Assembly (NCBI GenBank): GCA_016183245.1
Contig: JACPEY010000011.1
Location: 5,568 to 69,567, forward strand
DNA length: 64,000 bases
Source of the DNA: Candidatus Daviesbacteria bacterium
Lineage (GTDB): Bacteria > Patescibacteriota > Microgenomatia > Daviesbacterales > UBA10151
Direction of reading: 5' to 3'
In this document: positions 54,671 through 63,846 of the stretch, one piece after another
Layout of the letters: each line of letters starts with the position of its first letter
Position numbering within the stretch: position 1 is the stretch's first letter
Translations under genes and position numbers: made by a program
Notes under the pieces: generated by a model
The model's input: the letters and a program-made list of their open reading frames with translations, nothing else
Databases searched by the model: none
Told to the model about the DNA's origin: nothing

Positions 54671-56449
54671 ATGGATATTCGTAATGTTGCAATTATTGCT
54701 CACGTTGACCACGGCAAAACTACTTTGGTAGATGCTTTGCTCCGCCAATCGAAAACAAACTTAGGAAAACAGTTTACTGAAACTTCCGAGTTAATCATGG
54801 ATTCAAATGATTTGGAGAAGGAGCGGGGGATTACAATTTTTTCCAAGAACGCCTCAGTTAATTGGAAAGATACTAAGATTAATATTATAGATACCCCGGG
54901 CCATGCTGATTTTGGCGGGGAAGTGGAAAGGGTTTTAAAAATGGCTGACGGCTGTTTGCTTTTGGTTGATGCCAAAGAAGGCCCGATGCCTCAAACCAGG
55001 TTTGTGTTGAAAAAAGCATTGGAGATGGGACATAAAATTATTGTGGTTATTAATAAGATTGACAAACAGGATGCAAGGATAACTTATGTCATCAATAAAA
55101 CCTTTGATCTTTTTTTAGAACTTGGTGCAGATGAAGAGACAGCCTATTTCCCGACTATTTATTCCTCCGGCAAACACGGCAAAGCAGGTTTGGAACCGGA
55201 TTTGTCCAAAATGGATGATATTGCCCCTGTTTTTGATGCAGTTTTAGAGCACATCCCTGCGCCCTCGACAGATACAGAAAAACCCTTGCAGCTTTTAATT
55301 ACGAATACTATCTATGACAATTTCAAAGGCAGGATTGCCACCGGCCGGGTTTACAATGGCACTATAAAAGCCGGGCAGGAAGTAGCGCATATCAGCAGGG
55401 AAGGCCAGGTTAAAAAATTCAGGCTGACATCACTTATGGGTTTTGAGGGGTTGGACAGGGTGGATATAAAGGAAGCGCGCGCAGGGGATATTGTAGCCCT
55501 TTCCGGGATTCCTGATATTACTATTGGGGAGACTATTGCAGATGCAGTTAATCCGGTTGCTTTGCCTGTTTTGGATATAGAAGAGTCAACAGTCCGGATG
55601 AATTTCGGGGTAAATTCTTCACCCTTTGCAGGGCTTGAAGGTGAGTTTAAAACTGCCAGGCAAATTAGGGAAAGATTATATAAAGCAGCTGAAGCAGATG
55701 TGGCTTTGAAAGTTGAAGACGGCCCTTCAGGAGATCTGATAGTGAGCGGTAGGGGCGAGCTTCATCTGGCAATCCTGATTGAAAGGTTACGCAGGGAAGG
55801 ATATGAATTCCAGGTTGGTAAACCGCAGGTTATAGAAAAAGTGGTCAATGGCAAGCTCGCGACACCTTATGAAAAAGTGGCAATAGAAGTTCCGGAAAGT
55901 TTTTCCGGTACAGTGATGCAGAAGATGGGGCTGCGCCACGGCGAGCTTTTGGATATGAATACTGAGAACGGAATAGTCTACCTTTTATTCATTGTGGCAA
56001 CTAAGGAATTTTTTGGATATAGAAGTCAATTTATGACTGATACTAAAGGTTTGGGGATCTTAAGCAGTTCTTTTTTGGAATACAGGCCAGACTCTGGTCA
56101 GAAATTTGAAAGATCTCAAGGTTCTCTGGTAGTGCATGAATCAGGTTCAACTAAATTATATGCTTTGGTGGGGGCACAGGATCGTGGGGCTTTGTTTATA
56201 GGACCAGGGGTGAGCGTTTATAAAGGTCAGGTTATCGGCAGCAATTCCCGGGAAGGGGATATTGTCATAAATGTCTGTAAAGAGAAAAAGCAGACTAACC
56301 ACCGTTCTTCCGGTGAAGGCACATCTGAGCATTTTAATACTCCAAAAATTATGAGTTTAGAAAACGCCATTGAATATATTGATGATACCGAGCTTGTAGA
56401 AGTCACCCCAAAAAACATCAGAATCAGGAAGACTGATTTAAGTCACTAA
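54671..56449 (+). CDS. typA: Translational GTPase TypA/BipA.
   Basis: G1 AHVDHGKTT, G3 DTPGHADF and G4 NKID are present. The EF-G-like domain architecture is about 590 aa. Confidence 0.9.
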   Translation: MDIRNVAIIAHVDHGKTTLVDALLRQSKTNLGKQFTETSELIMDSNDLEKERGITIFSKNASVNWKDTKINIIDTPGHADFGGEVERVLKMADGCLLLVDAKEGPMPQTRFVLKKALEMGHKIIVVINKIDKQDARITYVINKTFDLFLELGADEETAYFPTIYSSGKHGKAGLEPDLSKMDDIAPVFDAVLEHIPAPSTDTEKPLQLLITNTIYDNFKGRIATGRVYNGTIKAGQEVAHISREGQVKKFRLTSLMGFEGLDRVDIKEARAGDIVALSGIPDITIGETIADAVNPVALPVLDIEESTVRMNFGVNSSPFAGLEGEFKTARQIRERLYKAAEADVALKVEDGPSGDLIVSGRGELHLAILIERLRREGYEFQVGKPQVIEKVVNGKLATPYEKVAIEVPESFSGTVMQKMGLRHGELLDMNTENGIVYLLFIVATKEFFGYRSQFMTDTKGLGILSSSFLEYRPDSGQKFERSQGSLVVHESGSTKLYALVGAQDRGALFIGPGVSVYKGQVIGSNSREGDIVINVCKEKKQTNHRSSGEGTSEHFNTPKIMSLENAIEYIDDTELVEVTPKNIRIRKTDLSH

Positions 56450-56539
56450 CTCACTGATTTCTGATTAATTTCACACATTATTCTTATATTTTATTGTTAG
56501 GATTCCTTTGGAGCAAATATAGAAGGGGGGTGAGTTTAA

Positions 56540-56758
56540 GTGCAAGATACTAAAGGAGCTATTGATCATTTAAGACAACACCAGACATACCCGGCTACGA
56601 AAGATGAATTAGTCAAAGAGTGTAATGAATTGTCGGATTTTTCAAAAGAGGATAAGGAATGGTTTGAAAAAAACCTTCCGGAAGGGAATTACAAGTCTGC
56701 TGATGATGTCATAGCAGCATTGGGGCTGGAACCTTCATATGGTGGGGTGTCAATGTAA
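56540..56758 (+). CDS. DUF2795-family small protein.
   Basis: The blocks IDHLRQHQTYPATKDELV and DVIAALG match the DUF2795 pattern. Confidence 0.5.
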   Translation: MQDTKGAIDHLRQHQTYPATKDELVKECNELSDFSKEDKEWFEKNLPEGNYKSADDVIAALGLEPSYGGVSM

Positions 56759-56953
56759 GTAATTTACTACGTTGGAGTAAAGTATGCACACTCCAGCGTA
56801 GTAAAATTTAATCTTTCTTCGTGCGCGCAGACAGTAATTTGCTATAATGATCCACCATTATGCAAGTAATTGAAATTCAAGAAAATTGTGTTCGAAATTG
56901 GTAAGAAATATCTGTTTAAAATATTTGCTTCTCTAATCTATGTGGAATAAAAT

Positions 56954-57562
56954 ATGGCTATGAAATCAGGCAAAGAAGGATTACAGGCACCGCGCGGTTC
57001 ATTAAAAGTTATTCGTAAATTTTCAGATCCAGACAATATACCACCGCCATTGATAGATGGAGGAATTTTTCGCGATTTAATCCCTCCAAGACTTTCTGAT
57101 TTAATATCTCATCCATTAGCTATTTGTGTTATTACTGTCAATGCCAAAGCGCTTGGCGTACGCTTGTCAGTAATTGATACCAGTAATAATGAAGAATCTC
57201 TAAAACTTCACTTATCTACGTTTCCTGATACTCCCCAAAGTCTGCATATATGGAATATTCAAGTTGCGGAAGCATTACGGCAGCAAGGAGTTGCAAGAAG
57301 TTTTTATCAAAACCTTGCTCCTCTTGCGCGGGCAGAAAACTTCCGATATATCACAGGAGAACAACGCCCACAAAATCGAAGCATTTTCCAAAAATTGGGC
57401 AGAATACCTTATGGTGAATTGTCAGAAGAATCCAAACGGAAAGTTTTTAGCAAATGGTTAACAAGTATTGATGACCCTGATTCCTATATGGAAACCGTCT
57501 CTGGCTTATCTGTGGAATTTTTATATGAAGAGGATAAAGATATAATGTTGAAGAACACTTGA
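56954..57562 (+). CDS. Hypothetical protein (possible GNAT-like fold, weak).
   Basis: An intact ORF with a weak QGVARSFYQNL block. Confidence 0.3.
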   Translation: MAMKSGKEGLQAPRGSLKVIRKFSDPDNIPPPLIDGGIFRDLIPPRLSDLISHPLAICVITVNAKALGVRLSVIDTSNNEESLKLHLSTFPDTPQSLHIWNIQVAEALRQQGVARSFYQNLAPLARAENFRYITGEQRPQNRSIFQKLGRIPYGELSEESKRKVFSKWLTSIDDPDSYMETVSGLSVEFLYEEDKDIMLKNT

Positions 57563-57578
57563 GATGAATCGGAATTTG

Positions 57579-57755
57579 CGCGCCTGGAGGGAGTCGAACC
57601 CCCAACCGCCTCGTCCGACCCGCTCGCCAAAGTATTGCGCCTTCGGGGAGAATCGAACTCCCATCACTGGTTCCGAAGACCAGTACTCTATCCGTTAAGC
57701 TACGAAGGCTTTAGCGGGCGAGAGCGAGGTGCTCTATCCATTAAGCTACAGGCGC
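57579..57755 (-). other. Split or disrupted tRNA-like gene (outer tRNA) whose anticodon region is interrupted by ~111 nt that contain a complete tRNA-Arg(UCG).
   Basis: The 5' acceptor GCGCCUG plus D-arm UAGCUUAAUGGAUAGAGC lie at the high-coordinate end. The T-arm GGGGGUUCGACUCCCUC plus 3' acceptor CAGGCGC lie at the low end. The anticodon stem CCUCG/CGAGG brackets the inserted block. Confidence 0.4.
57638..57709 (-). tRNA. tRNA-Arg(UCG).
   Basis: A manual cloverleaf gives acceptor GCCUUCG/CGAAGGC, D-arm GCUUAACGGAUAGAGU, anticodon stem CUGGU/ACCAG, loop CUUCGGA and T-arm GGGAGUUCGAUUCUCCC. Confidence 0.7.
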
Positions 57756-57769
57756 ACCTTTATATTTTA

Positions 57770-58588
57770 TCACTTCAGGAGTTCCAGTGCCCCATATAGG
57801 CCGGCATCATCGTGTAAAGTACCTAAAACAACCTGTGGAGCAGCAGGGTAGATTGTTAAAAATTCCTTAAGATATGTATTAACTTTTTCCAAAGGAATGC
57901 TTTTTGAAACACTGCCGCCTAAAACTATAATATCCGGTGACCAATGAACTGTTGTATTAACTAAACCGATTGCCAGAAACCTTGAGATTTCACTCCAGAT
58001 TTCCGGATCGTTTATTTTTTCTCCTTTTTGCCCGTAAATTTTTTCAAAATATGATCCTCCAATATAAGCTTCCAAGTGTCCTTTGCCGCCGCAATTACAT
58101 AAATTTCCATCCGGTACGATAATTTGATGTCCCGGTTCAAAATTGAAACTGTCTTCAGGGATTGTTCCATCAATTACTCTTTTTCCGCCCACCCCTGTCC
58201 CCAAAGCAATATAAGCAACCACCTGCATACCTTTCCCTGCCCCTTTTACAGCTTCACCGATGCCTCCTGTGGCAGTATCGTTTTCCAAAAATACTTTGCA
58301 GCCAAAGATTCTCTCCAGTTCTGTTTTCAAAGGTTTATTAATCCATCCGGAAATGTGAGGACTTTTGGCTAAACAGGTTTTTTCTTTATCAATAGGTCCG
58401 GCAATTCCGCCTGCTGTTCCTGTTATCTTTTCTCCATTTGATAACTCATTAGCTGTTTGTTTGATTGTCTGGATTCCCTGTTCAAAATTTTTTGGTGTGG
58501 GTACTGTTTTAGTTTCTTTAAGGGTTTGGCCGTCTGCAGAAACAGCAATCCGCATATTTGTCCCGCCAATGTCAAAAAGAAGAAACAT
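57770..58588 (-). CDS. glk: ROK-family glucokinase.
   Basis: The N-terminal DIGGTNMR block and the ROK zinc motif CNCGGKGHLEAY are present. Confidence 0.8.
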   Translation of the reverse strand: MFLLFDIGGTNMRIAVSADGQTLKETKTVPTPKNFEQGIQTIKQTANELSNGEKITGTAGGIAGPIDKEKTCLAKSPHISGWINKPLKTELERIFGCKVFLENDTATGGIGEAVKGAGKGMQVVAYIALGTGVGGKRVIDGTIPEDSFNFEPGHQIIVPDGNLCNCGGKGHLEAYIGGSYFEKIYGQKGEKINDPEIWSEISRFLAIGLVNTTVHWSPDIIVLGGSVSKSIPLEKVNTYLKEFLTIYPAAPQVVLGTLHDDAGLYGALELLK

Positions 58589-58745
58589 GATAATTAGATT
58601 CTAGTCGCTAGAGTCCAGGACTGCAAGTATTATACCAGCATTTAATTATCACCTTTCTCTTACACAAAACTGACCTATTCCTAAAACAGCCTGCATATAA
58701 TCTATCAATATCTTAACAATAAGATAGTCAGGAGGTGATTAAAGA

Positions 58746-58922
58746 ATGCTAAAAAAAGTTATAGTTGGAGCAAGTAGTTTAGTGGCTGCATTTGTATTAA
58801 CCGTTGGTTTAGTAATGGCTCAAACGCCTACAGCATCACCAACATCCAGTCCGACATCATCTCCGGCAGCATCACCAAGAGTACCTGCAGCAGCACCTGC
58901 AACAGGTATGGGTGTGTATTGA
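58746..58922 (+). CDS. Small 58-aa secreted Pro/Ser/Thr-rich peptide upstream of the sortase, absent from the ORF track.
   Basis: A signal-peptide-like N-terminus is followed by TPTASPTSSPTSSPAASP. Confidence 0.25.
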   Translation: MLKKVIVGASSLVAAFVLTVGLVMAQTPTASPTSSPTSSPAASPRVPAAAPATGMGVY

Positions 58923-58940
58923 GCCTGGAGGGTTTAAGAG

Positions 58941-59627
58941 TTGAGAAATAAAGGGCCTGCCACGTTCAGTTTGATGAACGTGGCGTGGTCGCATATGATG
59001 AAAAAGTTATCTGTTGTGCTTATTGTATTAATATTTGGAGGTTTAGGAGTTTTACTTGCATTAGGGCTTCTTTCTCAGAAGGAAATCTTATCTGAAAATA
59101 GTATCTCCGGAAGTCCGGATATTGTAAATGAAGATCAGCTCGAGCAGGAGCAAAGCAACAGTGTCGCCGAACAAGTGCAGGTTCTTGAGCCGCAAAGTAT
59201 CAGTATTCCCAAAATTAATGTTAGTGCTGCAGTTGAGTCCGTAGGTGAGGATAACAGCGGCAAAATGGATGTGCCGAAAGGCGTTTTTAACGCGGGCTGG
59301 TATAACTTAGGATATAAACCAGGGGAAAAAGGCAGTGCTGTTATGGCAGGGCATTTAGATACAATAACAGGCGCGCCTGCCGTATTTTACAATATTGGTA
59401 AGCTGCAAGCAGGTGACCAGGTGATTGTTACGGATAAAGACGGGAAAAATCTGATATTTGAAGTAACGGATGTTGAGACATATTCATTTGATAAAGTTCC
59501 TTTGCAGGAAGTGTTTGGAAGTGATGGTAAGCCGCGTTTGAACTTAATCACTTGTACCGGAACCTGGAATACAGGCAGCAGAAATTATTCAAACAGATTA
59601 GTAGTTTATACGGAACTCAAAAGCTAA
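58941..59627 (+). CDS. Sortase-family transpeptidase.
   Basis: An N-terminal TM, the catalytic-His region AGHLD, the Cys motif LITCTG and an Arg near the C-terminus are present. The start is possibly the internal MMKK. Confidence 0.7.
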   Translation: MRNKGPATFSLMNVAWSHMMKKLSVVLIVLIFGGLGVLLALGLLSQKEILSENSISGSPDIVNEDQLEQEQSNSVAEQVQVLEPQSISIPKINVSAAVESVGEDNSGKMDVPKGVFNAGWYNLGYKPGEKGSAVMAGHLDTITGAPAVFYNIGKLQAGDQVIVTDKDGKNLIFEVTDVETYSFDKVPLQEVFGSDGKPRLNLITCTGTWNTGSRNYSNRLVVYTELKS

Positions 59628-60499
59628 CCTAATTTAATCAGTAAAACCCCTAAAACCATAACTGTTGTTGCAATCCAGGATTGTTTTGTTGGTTTGTCTT
59701 TTAAGAAAATATAACCCAATATCAGAATAAAGAAAATCTGTAACCTTTTCACCCCTAAAACTAAAGCCACAGGCCCTCCGTTTATATATGCATAAAAAAT
59801 TAGTAAAGAAACCAGCAGAAAGATCAGGCTCATTAGAAACAGAAGATTAAAGTTTTGCCTTAGTGCAGGTAGCCATGTTTTTCTTTCGCTTCTGAATAAA
59901 TACATCGTCATCAAAGCCGACTGGAGGAGCTGTTCTGAAAATACCGTAAAAGTCGGGTTTTGAGGAAAAGTATTTTGAACGCCGATTTTATCAAGTATGG
60001 CAGTGATGCTTCCGAAAAAGATGGCGAGAAGAAATAACAAAGATCCTTTTGTTTTAAACAATAACTTAAAAGGCTTGAAAATATCTTCTTTAGCCTGGTC
60101 AACATTTAAGATATATGATCCTATTATGACGGTGAAAAGCCCAACAACAGGAATAAGCCTTAAGGTCTCGGAAAGCATAGCTATCCCGAAAATATAGGTA
60201 AAAATTCCGGAAAAAGCGGTCAAAGGCAGAATTTGGGATATCAGATTATTTTTTATGGCATCGTTAAATATTGTTCTTGCTACGACAAAAAACAGGGAAG
60301 AACCCGCTACCCCCAGAACAAATGTTAAATTGAATGAAGGTATTCCCTGTAAAAGGGTAAGTGATATAAGGATTGGAAGAGTTAATGCGAAAAAAGACCA
60401 GGAAAGAAGGGCAGGGCTAACTTTCTCTAAAGCCTTTTTGCTTAAAATCACTTCTATTGCACCCAATATTGCTGATCCCAAAGCCAACCAAAACCACAT
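59624..60499 (-). CDS. EamA/DMT-superfamily transporter.
   Basis: About 10 TM segments with the 2x EamA repeat architecture are present. Confidence 0.7.
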   Translation of the reverse strand: MWFWLALGSAILGAIEVILSKKALEKVSPALLSWSFFALTLPILISLTLLQGIPSFNLTFVLGVAGSSLFFVVARTIFNDAIKNNLISQILPLTAFSGIFTYIFGIAMLSETLRLIPVVGLFTVIIGSYILNVDQAKEDIFKPFKLLFKTKGSLLFLLAIFFGSITAILDKIGVQNTFPQNPTFTVFSEQLLQSALMTMYLFRSERKTWLPALRQNFNLLFLMSLIFLLVSLLIFYAYINGGPVALVLGVKRLQIFFILILGYIFLKDKPTKQSWIATTVMVLGVLLIKLG

Positions 60500-60570
60500 T
60501 CCTTCATTATAGTCTAAATAGAACTAAAATTTTTAGCTTCGTAAGGCGTCCCCTTTTGAAGCTATTATGA

Positions 60571-61449
60571 TTAAAGAAAGTAATTAAAAATATTTATGAT
60601 GCCGTTTTGGTCTACTGATGGAGCTATTAGATATTTTCCTTCTCCTTTTGTTTTGACTAAGCTTTTTAGATCTTCTGATGCATCCTCCATGGTGGCAACA
60701 TAGCCGCACAGATTCATAAATTCCCAATCCCCCAAAGTATCTCCAACTCCTAAAGCATCATCTAAAGATATACCCAAATTCTTGGCTGTTTTTATTAAAG
60801 AAGTTGCTTTGGAGGCATTTAAGGCAGTCATTAAAAAATATTCCCATGGATTGGTATACGGATGCAGGGTCCAGACGGATTTTATTAAACCATTATAATT
60901 TTTAAGTCCTTTTTCAATTTTTTGTCTGTCCGCTTTATTGAAGGCTATTGCTGTTAAACGGAAGATTTTATGTTTTTTTGCTTCATCAACTAAAGAATCA
61001 ACAATTATTGGCTCGCTTTGATTGATTCTGGAGCGTTTTAATATATACTCGTTTGAAGATCCTTTTTGAATTATTATGCCTTTTTCCGAAAATGCTTCTA
61101 TATGAATATTGTTTTTAATGCAGGTATCTATTATGTTTGAAACAAGGTTGTTATCAAGATAAAAAGTCTCAACAATTCCCTCTTCCAAAGGATTAATAAT
61201 TAAGGATCCTGAATTGGTAATATGAGGGTTATTTAGCCCGGCTTTTTTGATTAAAGGTTCTATGGCATGATGGAATTTGCCTGAGCAAAGTACTACAGGA
61301 ATACCCTTCTGCCTTACCTGTTTTAAAGCATCAATTACTTTTTTGGGAGGATAAGGAAAATTTACTCCAATTTTGTGCCCCACAATCACACCGTCTACAT
61401 CCAAAACAATAAGCTTAACCATAAATAAATTATAACTGCTATAATCCAA
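60571..61449 (-). CDS. Cof-type HAD-IIB phosphatase.
   Basis: Motif I LDVDGV and motif IV GVGDTLGDWEFM are present. Confidence 0.75.
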   Translation of the reverse strand: MDYSSYNLFMVKLIVLDVDGVIVGHKIGVNFPYPPKKVIDALKQVRQKGIPVVLCSGKFHHAIEPLIKKAGLNNPHITNSGSLIINPLEEGIVETFYLDNNLVSNIIDTCIKNNIHIEAFSEKGIIIQKGSSNEYILKRSRINQSEPIIVDSLVDEAKKHKIFRLTAIAFNKADRQKIEKGLKNYNGLIKSVWTLHPYTNPWEYFLMTALNASKATSLIKTAKNLGISLDDALGVGDTLGDWEFMNLCGYVATMEDASEDLKSLVKTKGEGKYLIAPSVDQNGIINIFNYFL

Positions 61450-61451
61450 AT

Positions 61452-62480
61452 ATGACAGAATCTGTTTTTGGAGAACTTAGAAGAGTTGCAAAACAAAGGA
61501 AGGATTTGCAAAGAGAAGCGCTACCCTTCTCTCCACTGGAAATAGAAAAGCCTATTAACCCCGGTTTATATAAATATTTCTTTGATACTCAGGTGGCAGC
61601 AGAGAAGCAGGGGGCAATGGATTATCGTAAGTATGCAGCCAGGGTCTGGCAGGATCTGGTAGTTGCGGTAGAGGAGCAACCACAAACTTTTGAGAATGAC
61701 CCAGCTTTTAGAAGATTTGAAGCCAACCTAATCCTAGGGCTGCAGGATATAGATATGAGGCAACACAGATATAGTGAATTAGTAGATATTTTAGGCGAAT
61801 TGGTTGCAAAATATGGTGAGTCTGTAAGAAAGGTAGCGATCTGGTCTACAGGTGATGATTCGGCAACAGGTTATCAGCCGGCGAAAATAGCACGATCAGC
61901 TATAATTGGAAGTTTTTCAAAAGCGATTAAAACTTATGATGGCGAGGAATCTAAGCGATTTATCGCAGAAAAAACAGCTTACATAATAGCGGATGACAAA
62001 TTTAAACAGCTTGAGGAACACCTAAAATCTTCCGGGGTGGCCAAAATAGTGGTAATTGAAGATAACAGAGGCAATTTAAGAAAAGTTGCTAAAATAATAG
62101 ATAGTCTTAATGTTAACAGGCCCGAAGCTGATAAATTGGAATTTATGCCTGTTTGGGCCACTTATAGCAGAGAAGGAATAGAAGCCAGGGAAAAGGCAGA
62201 AGCGGAAGAAACTATGGCGCAGTATGAAGATGAAAGAAATAATCTGAATGCAATTGATTCTCCTGTTGACTTACTGGATGATAAATTTGTTAAAGTATTT
62301 AATGGAGCTGATGTTTTCATAGATTTTGACGGGGTAATTGCAGATAATCTTACAATGCGTCCAGAACAGGCCAGAATAAAATACAGCAATCTAATTGGTG
62401 CTATTATGGAACGGGAAAAGGTAAATGCAAGCGAGGCTGAGAAAATAATTCTGGATAATTTAGCAAGAATTCGGATCTGA
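61452..62480 (+). CDS. Hypothetical protein with a C-terminal HAD-like DxDGV motif.
   Basis: The FIDFDGVIADNL block lies near the C-terminus. The rest is unrecognised. Confidence 0.35.
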   Translation: MTESVFGELRRVAKQRKDLQREALPFSPLEIEKPINPGLYKYFFDTQVAAEKQGAMDYRKYAARVWQDLVVAVEEQPQTFENDPAFRRFEANLILGLQDIDMRQHRYSELVDILGELVAKYGESVRKVAIWSTGDDSATGYQPAKIARSAIIGSFSKAIKTYDGEESKRFIAEKTAYIIADDKFKQLEEHLKSSGVAKIVVIEDNRGNLRKVAKIIDSLNVNRPEADKLEFMPVWATYSREGIEAREKAEAEETMAQYEDERNNLNAIDSPVDLLDDKFVKVFNGADVFIDFDGVIADNLTMRPEQARIKYSNLIGAIMEREKVNASEAEKIILDNLARIRI

Positions 62481-62520
62481 TTATTGAAAATAGCAGGCTT
62501 AACAATATATACTTTAAAAA

Positions 62521-62787
62521 ATGAATGATACTAATAAAATGCTTCAGGCTATACTCAACGGCCAAAATGCCCTTAAACAGGAGTTAATAAGCAGAATAGA
62601 TAAAGTTGATCTTAAAGTGGATAAGGTGGGGAAGAAACTGGATAGAGTTGAAAAAAACTTAACCAAAAGGATAGACAGACTTGGTAAACAACTTGCCTAT
62701 TTAGATGATGATACACCAACCAGAGAAGAATTTGATGATCTAGAAAAGAGAGTAGATGAAATAGAAAGGGGTCACTCAGCTTTGTAA
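62521..62787 (+). CDS. Small coiled-coil protein.
   Basis: Heptad-like KxDxVxKKLDRVEKNL repeats are present. Confidence 0.35.
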   Translation: MNDTNKMLQAILNGQNALKQELISRIDKVDLKVDKVGKKLDRVEKNLTKRIDRLGKQLAYLDDDTPTREEFDDLEKRVDEIERGHSAL

Positions 62788-62792
62788 ATTAT

Positions 62793-63803
62793 ATGAAAAT
62801 TGGTTATATCGGTCTTGGCAGGATGGGGAAGAATATGGTCCTCAACCTTTTGGAAAAAGGGATTGAGGTGGTGGCATATAACCGGTCCCCTGAGCCCAGG
62901 GAAGAGCTGCAAAAAGAAGCCAGCCAGTTAAAAAGCGGATCAGAGAATTTAAAGGTAGCAGATAATCTGGGAGAGTTGGTGACAGAGTTAAGGAATAATA
63001 AAGAAGATCCTGGACAAGCCAGGATGACAGAAGGGGAGGACGGAATTGTGATCTGGTTAATGATCTCTGCCGGTGCAGCCATTGACGCTGTTTTGGAGGA
63101 ATTAAGCGATAAATTAACTTCCGGAGATCTGGTAATTGATGGCGGAAATTCCCTTTATACAGATACTTTAAGGCGGGGTAAGATGCTTTCCCAAAAAGGA
63201 ATCCATTACATGGATGCCGGCACTTCCGGCGGAATTGAGGGAGCAAGGAATGGGGCTTGTATCATGGCAGGCGGTTCTGAGGAGGATTTTAAGAAAGTGG
63301 AGCCTGTATTAAAAGCTGCTGCACAACCGGGCGCTTATGCTTATCTGGGTCCTCTGGGTGCAGGTCACTTTGCCAAAACAATTCATAACGGAATTGAGTA
63401 TGGCATGATGCAGGCAATCGGGGAAGGTGCGGCAATTTTGAAAAATTCCGGGTTTCCTTATGATTTGCGGGAAGTTTTCCGTATTTACAATACCGGCTCA
63501 ATTATTGAATCAAGGCTGGTGGGATGGACTTTGGCAGAACTTAAAAATGACCCTGAACTTGCCAATATTACCTCTGTTATCGGTTCAGGAGGTGGTGCAG
63601 GTAAAACAAAAGGAGAAGCTCACTGGACAGTGGAACTGGCTAAAAAATTAGGGGTAGGTGTGCCGGTTATAGAAGCATCGGTAGCAGTCCGGGACAACTC
63701 TGATCAGGATAAGGAAGATTCTCCCAATGGTTTCCGTAATAAAATAGTTGCTGCCATGCGCTGGCAATTCGGCAGACATCCGGTTAAGAAACAAATTCCC
63801 TAG
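62793..63803 (+). CDS. gnd: 6-phosphogluconate dehydrogenase (decarboxylating), short YqeC/Gnd-like form. It carries a probable partial palindromic-element insertion, and its stop codon is supplied by a REP.
   Basis: NAD-binding IGYIGLGRMGKNM and the catalytic blocks GTSGGIEGARNG and KTIHNGIEYGMMQAIGEG are present. The extra segment NNKEDPGQARMTEGEDG at 63001-63030 resembles the right end of the uvrA elements. The TAG stop lies inside REP copy 6. Confidence 0.8.
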   Translation: MKIGYIGLGRMGKNMVLNLLEKGIEVVAYNRSPEPREELQKEASQLKSGSENLKVADNLGELVTELRNNKEDPGQARMTEGEDGIVIWLMISAGAAIDAVLEELSDKLTSGDLVIDGGNSLYTDTLRRGKMLSQKGIHYMDAGTSGGIEGARNGACIMAGGSEEDFKKVEPVLKAAAQPGAYAYLGPLGAGHFAKTIHNGIEYGMMQAIGEGAAILKNSGFPYDLREVFRIYNTGSIIESRLVGWTLAELKNDPELANITSVIGSGGGAGKTKGEAHWTVELAKKLGVGVPVIEASVAVRDNSDQDKEDSPNGFRNKIVAAMRWQFGRHPVKKQIP

Positions 63804-63833
63804 GTGTTCTATCTAGACCACCCCCCAGGTGGA
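63798..63833. repeat. REP-like palindromic element, copy 6, overlapping the gnd stop codon.
   Basis: The sequence ccctaggtgttctatctagaccaccccccaggtgga matches the family consensus. Confidence 0.65.
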
Positions 63834-63846
63834 TAAAAATAAAGTT

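Noticed and set aside
57579-57755. Self-splicing group I intron in a tRNA anticodon loop.
   Set aside because: The intervening block is only ~111 nt and consists largely of a complete second tRNA. It is too short for group I P1-P9 architecture, so it is reported as a nested/split tRNA-like locus instead.
58746-58922. Small Pro/Ser/Thr-rich peptide as a sortase substrate.
   Set aside because: It ends in ...APATGMGVY with no TM or charged tail after the motif, so it does not meet sortase-substrate criteria. It is kept only as a low-confidence small CDS.
2744-63833. The CCACCCCCCAGGTGG repeats as a CRISPR array.
   Set aside because: Copies are tens of kb apart, not regularly spaced, occur in both orientations, and sit inside genes. 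No cas genes are present. The repeats fit REP/RAYT biology instead.
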